A stretch of 64,000 bases of DNA from an uncultured Gammaproteobacteria bacterium. GTDB lineage: Bacteria; Patescibacteriota; Patescibacteriia; UBA9934. The notes below the pieces were generated by a model, which saw only the letters and a program-made list of their open reading frames with translations, did no database searches and was not told where the DNA came from. Where the stretch lies: contig CAZKGL010000001.1 of assembly GCA_964552565.1 (NCBI GenBank), positions 119,649-183,648 of the forward strand. The letters run 5' to 3'. A program made the translations under genes and the position numbers. This document shows positions 57,802 through 64,000 of the stretch, in pieces (position 1 is the first letter of the stretch; each line of letters starts with the position of its first letter).

Positions 57802-59016
57802 ATGCGCGTCATCCAGGTGCACAAATATTTCCATGAACGCGACGGGGCGGGGCGGTCGATGCTCGCGCTCATGCGGCTGCTCGACGGGGCGGGGCATGTC
57901 ACCGCGCCGTTTGCCATGCGCACGCCCGAGAACCTTCCGACGCCGTGGGAAAAGTTTTTCGTCTCGCCGCTCGACACGCGCAGCCCGGGCAAGGGGGGCG
58001 CTGCGGTGCGCCAGTTCATGCGGTCGCTGTGGTCGCGGGAAGCCGCTCGCAAGCTCGACGGCATGATGTACGCGTTCCATCCCGACATCATCCATGTCCA
58101 TAACATCATGACGCACCTCTCGCCGTCGGTGCTCGCCGCGGCGCGTCGGCGCGACATCCCGGTGGTGATGACGGTGCACGACTACGCGCTCCTCAGCGCG
58201 AACTATGCGCTGTGGGACCGCGACCGTGCCTTGCCATTTGCCGTGCCCGGGCTTTTCCGCACCGCGGCGACGCGGTTTATGAAAGGGTCGTGGCTCGCCA
58301 CGTGCGCGGTTGAAGCGATCCGGCAGCTCCACATGCGCCTCGGGCTCGTCGACCACGCCGTCGACCACTATATCGCGCCGTCCCTATTCGTGCGGCGCGC
58401 GCTCATGCTGCTTGGCATCGCCGAGTCGCGCATCACCGTCATCCATCCGCCGGTTTCCATGCCGGAAGACGCGCCGCGGCATGACGAAGGGTACGTCCTC
58501 TACGTCGGACGCCTGGAAGCGTACAAAGGCGTCGCAACGCTCATCGAGGCGATGCGCGCGCTGCCGAACGTCCCGTTGCGTATCGTCGGCGACGGCCCGG
58601 ACCGCGCGCGGCTCATGGGGCTTGCGCGCGGGATGCGCAACATCACGTTTGTCGGTTTTGCGCAGGGCGCCGCGCTGTGGGACGAATACGCCGGCGCGCG
58701 GGCGGCCGTCGTGCCATCCGTATGGTACGAGCCGTTCGGCATGGTGACGCTTGAGGCCATGGTGCGCGGCGTGCCGGTTATCGTGAGCGACCGCGGCGGG
58801 CTTCCGGAGATCGTGGAGGACGGCGTTTCGGGTTTGGTCTTCCCGGCGGGTGAAGCGGGGGAGTTGGCAAAGCGGATTCGGGCGCTTACGGAGGATCCCG
58901 GAAAGGCCTCGGCCATTGGCGCCGCAGGGCGGGAGCGGGCGGGAATGATGGGGGATCCGGACGCCCATATGGCGGCCGTTTTGGACGTGTATACCCGAGT
59001 TTTGGAAAGGCGGTAG
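57802..59016 (+). CDS. Glycosyltransferase family 4
   Basis: GRL...KG, PSVWYEPFGMVTLEAM, GGLPE. Confidence 0.92.
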   Translation: MRVIQVHKYFHERDGAGRSMLALMRLLDGAGHVTAPFAMRTPENLPTPWEKFFVSPLDTRSPGKGGAAVRQFMRSLWSREAARKLDGMMYAFHPDIIHVHNIMTHLSPSVLAAARRRDIPVVMTVHDYALLSANYALWDRDRALPFAVPGLFRTAATRFMKGSWLATCAVEAIRQLHMRLGLVDHAVDHYIAPSLFVRRALMLLGIAESRITVIHPPVSMPEDAPRHDEGYVLYVGRLEAYKGVATLIEAMRALPNVPLRIVGDGPDRARLMGLARGMRNITFVGFAQGAALWDEYAGARAAVVPSVWYEPFGMVTLEAMVRGVPVIVSDRGGLPEIVEDGVSGLVFPAGEAGELAKRIRALTEDPGKASAIGAAGRERAGMMGDPDAHMAAVLDVYTRVLERR

Positions 59017-59020
59017 GGGC

Positions 59021-59104
59021 TGTGGATAACTTTTGACAAGGGAAGGGGAATAGAGCCAAAAAGGCCTATTTTTTGTTGACAGTAGCTGAGTTTCCTGCTA
59101 GGAT
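59021..59104 (+). promoter_or_regulatory. DnaA box (59021-59029) and near-leaderless sigma70 promoter
   Basis: TGTGGATAA; TTGACA-17-TAGGAT ending 8 nt before ATG 59113. Confidence 0.6.
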
Positions 59105-59112
59105 ACCCGGTT

Positions 59113-60273
59113 ATGCTTATCGCGATGATCGGACAAAAAGGCGTTCCGGGCCGCTTCGGCGGTATCGAAACCCATGTCACCGAGCTCGCCACTCGCCTCA
59201 CCCGCGAGGGTTTTGCCGTCGTCGCGTACGCGCGCCCGTGGTACTCGGGCAAGGGGCTCGACCGTTACAACGGCATTCGGGTCATCACCCTCCCTTCCCT
59301 GCGCACGAAACATCTGGACGCGATCACGCACACCCTCTTCGCCGTGCTGCATGCCTGTTTCGTCGTGCGTCCCGACGTTTACCATTTCCATGGCGTCGGC
59401 CCTTCCCTGCTCGCCTGGATTCCGCGCCTCCTCGCGCCGAAGGCGAAAGTGGTGACGACGTTCCACTGCATCGACCGCCATCATGCGAAGTGGGGACGCT
59501 TCGCCCAGTTCATGCTCCGTCTCGGTGAACGCGCCTGCCTGAAGTTCGCGGACGAGTGCATCGTCGTCAGCCGCACGTTGCGCAACTATGTCGAGGTCGA
59601 GTACGGCGCCAAGGCGACGTACATCCCGAACGGCATCACGCCGCGCCGCGCCGCGGCCGACGACCGCCTGCTCGCCCCGTTTACGCTCCAGCCGTTCCAA
59701 TACGTGGCGTTCGTCGCCCGCCTCGTGCCGCACAAGGGCGCGCACACCCTCATCGACGCCTGGAAGAAGGCGCGCAAGGACCATCCGGATATCATGCGCG
59801 ACATGAAGCTCGCCATCGTCGGCGATTCGGCGTTTACGGACGACTACGTGCGCACGCTGAAAATCACGGCGATCGACGACCCGTCCATCGTGTTCACCGG
59901 CTACCAGAGCGGTGAGACGCTGGAGGCGATCTTCGCCGGCGCGCGCTTCACGGTGAACCCGTCGACGAGCGAGGGCCTCCCCATCGCCGTCCTCGAAGCG
60001 ATGAGCTACGGCAAGGCGGTGATCGCGAGCGACATCCCGGCGCACCTTGAGGTCATCAACGAGTACGGCGTCCCGTTCATGACCGGCAGCGTCGAGGACC
60101 TTGCCGAGAAGATCGCCGAGCTCACGAGCGACCCGATGCGTTCCGCCTCGCTCGGCCACGTCGCCCGCACCTTCGTCGAGCAGCACTACCACTGGGACGA
60201 CATCGCGGAGCGCACCATGCTCCTCTATGGCGACACCCGCCCGGCTCCCGAGGGCATCCTCGTGACCGGGTAA
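59113..60273 (+). CDS. Glycosyltransferase family 4
   Basis: GVPGRFGGIE, RLVPHKG, EGLPIAVLEAMSYG, SDIP. Confidence 0.92.
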   Translation: MLIAMIGQKGVPGRFGGIETHVTELATRLTREGFAVVAYARPWYSGKGLDRYNGIRVITLPSLRTKHLDAITHTLFAVLHACFVVRPDVYHFHGVGPSLLAWIPRLLAPKAKVVTTFHCIDRHHAKWGRFAQFMLRLGERACLKFADECIVVSRTLRNYVEVEYGAKATYIPNGITPRRAAADDRLLAPFTLQPFQYVAFVARLVPHKGAHTLIDAWKKARKDHPDIMRDMKLAIVGDSAFTDDYVRTLKITAIDDPSIVFTGYQSGETLEAIFAGARFTVNPSTSEGLPIAVLEAMSYGKAVIASDIPAHLEVINEYGVPFMTGSVEDLAEKIAELTSDPMRSASLGHVARTFVEQHYHWDDIAERTMLLYGDTRPAPEGILVTG

Positions 60274-60311
60274 CAAAACACGCCGCACGTCCGTGCCGCG
60301 TGTTTTGTGTT

Positions 60312-60626
60312 TTATGCGTCGTTGGTTTTCGGCTGCTCCTTCTCCTTGAGCACGTCGGGGTTTGGCGAGTACAAGGTGTTCTTGATGCGCCACTGTTCGA
60401 CGAACTGCCCGATCCCTTTTTTGTCCCGCTTGTTTCGGACCGTGGTCGAGGACTGGGACCACTTGAGGAGGGACTCGAAGTTAATTTTGTACCGGCCCTG
60501 GACCACGATGTAGCTCACTTCCTTCTCTGCGATCGCGCGGCGGACGGTGCGCGGGCTTACGCCGAACATCCGTGCGGCTTCCGAAACCGTGAGCCGGATG
60601 ACGTGGTCGAGCGGGGAATTCTCCAT
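60312..60626 (-). CDS. Excisionase-like helix-turn-helix protein
   Basis: LTVSEAARMFGVSPRTVRRAI...GRYKI. Confidence 0.8.
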   Translation of the reverse strand: MENSPLDHVIRLTVSEAARMFGVSPRTVRRAIAEKEVSYIVVQGRYKINFESLLKWSQSSTTVRNKRDKKGIGQFVEQWRIKNTLYSPNPDVLKEKEQPKTNDA

Positions 60627-60771
60627 ATGGCGCAAGCTTACGTTTGGCTACTCTAGCGTAGCCAAACGCGCGAATTGCGTCAAGAAATGTATTGCATTTG
60701 CTGGGCTTTCATGCCACTATGCCCGTCAATCTCCAGGTGTAACATTTCGGCTGCCTTTTGCATCTATATTC

Positions 60772-61293
60772 ATGCAACGCGCCAAACAACAATTCCTCGC
60801 CTTCCGGGTATTTCGCTTTCGGGACGCCGACGCGTACCAAACGCTCTACCGGGAATATGTCGAGCCCATCGAGCGGCAGCTTTCGCTGAAACTTCCCCGC
60901 CGGGAAGACGTCGATGAGCTGACGAGCGAAGTGTTCCTTCGCGGGTGGGAATACATGACGGCAAACCGCGTCGAGCACCCCCAAGCATTCTTTTTCCGGA
61001 TCGCGGGCAACCTCGTGGCGGAGTTCTACCGGAAGGCCAAGCCGACCGAGGAACTCGACGAAGCCTCCGCGGTGCCGGCGGCGGGGTCGCTGGCAGAAGA
61101 TGTCGCGAGTAGCGATGCCCTCCAGCAGTTGCTTGAGAAGGTCAGCCGGCTCAAAGACGAGTACCAGGCGGTCATCCGCCTCAAGTACATCGAAGAGCGT
61201 TCGATCGAAGAGATCGCGCGCGAGCTCGGCAAGAGTGCGACAAACGTCCGCGTGCTCCTCTATCGCGCAAAACGCGCATTCCAAAAATTGTGA
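60772..61293 (+). CDS. ECF RNA polymerase sigma factor
   Basis: Region 2 (DELTSEVFLRGW, FRIAGN) and region 4 (IEEIARELGKSATNVRVLLYRAK). Confidence 0.9.
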   Translation: MQRAKQQFLAFRVFRFRDADAYQTLYREYVEPIERQLSLKLPRREDVDELTSEVFLRGWEYMTANRVEHPQAFFFRIAGNLVAEFYRKAKPTEELDEASAVPAAGSLAEDVASSDALQQLLEKVSRLKDEYQAVIRLKYIEERSIEEIARELGKSATNVRVLLYRAKRAFQKL

Positions 61294-62456
61294 ACCGTTC
61301 CGCCGAAGAACAATTGCAGTCGCTCGCCGCGCTCAAGAACGACCCTCGCTTTGCCGCGAGGACGGTTGCGTTTCGCGAGGCGCAGGAGGCGGAACTCATG
61401 GTTGCGATCGGCGGGCGCCAGACCGCGGCGACGTACGGGTGGCGCGACTACGTTTCCTATATTCGTGAGGTGAAGTTCCCGGCGGTCGGGCGATCATTCA
61501 GCGCCGCCGCGGCCGCAGTGGTCGTCATGCTCGGCGGGTGGATCACGACGGTCGACGCCGCCGCCGACAGCCTCCCGGGCGATCCGCTCTACGGCTTCAA
61601 GCTTGTGACCGAACAGGTCCAGCTCCGGCTCGCCTCGCTCGAGCGCCGCGCCGTCCTCCATACCGAGTTTGCGGAACGCCGCCTCGAAGAGGTCGTCGCC
61701 CTCCAGCAATCGGGCGCCGCAAAGGACGAAAACGTGAAGGTCGCGGTGAATGCCTTTACCCGGGAGATCGCGTCGGCCAACCAAGACCTGCAAGCGCTCA
61801 TCCAGAGCGGAAGCCAGGAAGCGCTGGCCGCGGCGACCGAGGTTCAAGGGAAACTGAGCGGGTTCGATGCGGCGCTTGACGAAACGGTCGCGGCCGCGGC
61901 GAGTATAGAGGTTTCGACCGAGGTCCAGGGCGCAAAGGACGCCGCGCGCGAAACCCAATCGACGGCAGTTTCCGTCGTGGTCGATACGCACGAGGAACAG
62001 GGCGACGAATATTCCCAGCGCGAACTCCAGGACATGTTCCAAGGCGAGCTCGGCGACCTGCGCGGACGGCAGACGTTCGACCTCCACCGCATCGAGGTCG
62101 TGGAAGCATCGCTCGTCATGCATGCCGGACGGCTCGAGGGCGTCGCGGTCCCGACCGCGGACGACTTCACCTCCCTCCGTTACGCGGTCACGTCGGCGGA
62201 CGACGGCATCTCTGAGGCGATGAACCTCTTCGCAATCGGCGGCTACCGCGCCGCGTTCGAAAAGCTGCGCAGCGTCGACGGCGAGCTCCTCGCAGTCGAA
62301 GCGCGCCTCGCGCAAACCGAGATCGCCATCGTCACTGCGCTGAACGCGCCGACGCCGGAACCGGTTGATGCATCGGAAGAAACGGATGACGAAGCCGATA
62401 CCCCGACAGAGGAACCCCCACTTTCACCAGAAACGGCGACAAACGAGACCGAGTAG
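61290..62456 (+). CDS. DUF5667-domain membrane protein (probable anti-sigma factor)
   Basis: TM then SLPGDPLYGFKLVTEQVQL...FAERRLEE; overlaps the sigma stop codon. Confidence 0.75.
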   Translation: MNRSAEEQLQSLAALKNDPRFAARTVAFREAQEAELMVAIGGRQTAATYGWRDYVSYIREVKFPAVGRSFSAAAAAVVVMLGGWITTVDAAADSLPGDPLYGFKLVTEQVQLRLASLERRAVLHTEFAERRLEEVVALQQSGAAKDENVKVAVNAFTREIASANQDLQALIQSGSQEALAAATEVQGKLSGFDAALDETVAAAASIEVSTEVQGAKDAARETQSTAVSVVVDTHEEQGDEYSQRELQDMFQGELGDLRGRQTFDLHRIEVVEASLVMHAGRLEGVAVPTADDFTSLRYAVTSADDGISEAMNLFAIGGYRAAFEKLRSVDGELLAVEARLAQTEIAIVTALNAPTPEPVDASEETDDEADTPTEEPPLSPETATNETE

Positions 62457-62629
62457 GCGCACGCATTTCCTTCAGGCCTGATCTTCTGCGCAAGGTCATG
62501 CCCGAAGGGAATGCGCTTGCATCCCTACTATCCATCCATAAAGGGCAACGTAGCAAAGGTCGAGACCGCATGGTCGCGCTGCCCTCGGTTCTTAACCCCG
62601 TAAGGGGATACTAGAGAATACGAGTACTT

Positions 62630-64000
62630 ATGCAACAGATGTTGCACACAGGGAAACGTGTCGTCTCCGCCGTTGTTGCGGCCGCGACGATCGCGGTGAC
62701 CGTCGGGCTCGCAGGTCTCATTGCGCCTTCGCAGGCCAATGCGGCTTCGGCCGGCGACCTCATCAAGGGGTCGCTTTCGACCGTGTACTACTACGGTTAC
62801 GATGGCATGCGCTACACGTTCCCCGATGAAAAGACCTACATGACGTGGTTCAGTGACTTCGATGATGTCACGACCATTTCTGACAGCGCACTCGCGGACC
62901 TCGAGCTCGCTGGCAACGTCGTGTACCGCCCGGGTTCGTACTTCGTGAAAATCACGAGCGACCCGAAGGTATACGCGGTCTCGACCAATGGTTCCATTCA
63001 CTGGGTTGAATCTGAGGAAGTCATGGTAGATTACGCCGGCTCGAACTGGGCCTCGGCGATCCGTGACGTCCCGGATGCCTTCTTCGTTGACTACACGGTT
63101 GGCGCTTCGCTCATGTCGGCCACTGCCTTCGATGGCATGCTCTACATGGACGGCGGCAGCTACTACATTGCTTGGGATGGTGAAAAGCGCATGCTGAGCA
63201 GCGCTGGCCGCTCGGCCAACAACCTCCAGGCCGGCTTCTTCTTGGACGGCTCGGGTATCGATGACAGCTCGCTCACGGCCGGTGATGACATCACCAGCAG
63301 CGTGACCGCGCTCATGGACCCGGCGCAGACCGAGACGGAGATCGATGGTGAAGCCTCTGGCGACCTTGAGCTCTCGCTCTCGTCGTCGACGGCGGCCGGC
63401 GCGTCGCTCCCGCAGGGTGCGAACTCGGTCCCGGTCTTCAGCTTCGATGTTGAAGCGGGTGCGGAAGACGCCTCGCTCGACAGCCTCGTCCTCAGTGTTG
63501 GCGGCGCAGGTGCGACGACCGACATCTCGAACGTCTACCTCTACGACGGTTCCACCCGTCTCACGGAGGCGCGCTCGGTGAACGCGTCGACCCGCCAGGT
63601 GACCTTCTCGAACCTCGGCTACGAAGTGGCCGCTGGCGAAGAAGCGACCCTCACGGTCCGCATCGAGGCTTCGTCGACTGCAGTCGCGGCTGACACGTTC
63701 AGCTTCGAAATCGAGAGTGTCGACGATGTCGGCGCCTCGGGTGACGTTGATGGTGACTTCCCGATCGAGGGCAACACCTTCACCTTCACGGGCAGCGACG
63801 CCGGTTCGGTCCTCATCACCAAGTCCGGTTCGATCACGAACCCGACCCTCGGCGAGCAGGATGCGGTGATCGGTATGTTCAAGATGGCTCCGTCGAGCGA
63901 GAACGCCTCGATCGAGGAAATCCTCGTCAAGGTGGACAACGCTTCGGACCACAGCGACTTCTGGCTCTGGGACGGTGAGGAATCGCTCGTCGAAGGTGAA
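62630..64000 (+). CDS. Large secreted S-layer-like surface protein (partial, runs off window; absent from ORF track)
   Basis: MQQMLHTGKRVVSAVVAAATIAVTVG...ANAASAGDLIKGSLSTVYYYG.DG.RY.FP; frame appears open to the window end. Confidence 0.8.
   Translation, partial: MQQMLHTGKRVVSAVVAAATIAVTVGLAGLIAPSQANAASAGDLIKGSLSTVYYYGYDGMRYTFPDEKTYMTWFSDFDDVTTISDSALADLELAGNVVYRPGSYFVKITSDPKVYAVSTNGSIHWVESEEVMVDYAGSNWASAIRDVPDAFFVDYTVGASLMSATAFDGMLYMDGGSYYIAWDGEKRMLSSAGRSANNLQAGFFLDGSGIDDSSLTAGDDITSSVTALMDPAQTETEIDGEASGDLELSLSSSTAAGASLPQGANSVPVFSFDVEAGAEDASLDSLVLSVGGAGATTDISNVYLYDGSTRLTEARSVNASTRQVTFSNLGYEVAAGEEATLTVRIEASSTAVAADTFSFEIESVDDVGASGDVDGDFPIEGNTFTFTGSDAGSVLITKSGSITNPTLGEQDAVIGMFKMAPSSENASIEEILVKVDNASDHSDFWLWDGEESLVEGE

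Overview
This is a chromosomal window from a GC-rich bacterium. It is most likely Patescibacteria/CPR, probably ABY1/Uhrbacteria-like, inferred from pilin-fused giant surface proteins, DUF5667/DUF5665-like genes and an S-layer-like gene; the genetic code is standard, with TGA as a stop. The housekeeping backbone comprises topA, folC, dprA, pth, der, an LCP protein, lepB, hisS, rpsU, hflX, ybeY-dgkA-ftsA-ftsZ-nrdR-pyk, infC-rpmI-rplT, tmRNA-smpB, tRNA-Val, tRNA-Asp, polysaccharide genes and an ECF sigma factor. Three accessory blocks stand out. (1) An AT-richer 5' end carries a large structured ncRNA candidate, an RNHCP gene and a kinase/APH module bounded by a 29-bp direct repeat. (2) A 13.8-kb surface-apparatus operon encodes a 3120-aa pilin/Ig/Cys-rich/vWA adhesin. 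(3) A 7.7-kb island lies between wzz and the O-antigen ligase. It holds five Myxococcota-like secreted or lipoprotein genes with strong Shine-Dalgarno (SD) sites and repeated structured 5' and 3' elements, preceded by a promoter-driven ~95-nt hairpin RNA whose loop is an anti-SD (CCUCCUCCU). Many housekeeping genes look leaderless or SD-less, with rpsU a notable exception. Several dispersed palindromic repeat families are present. All calls come from reading the sequence; no searches were run.
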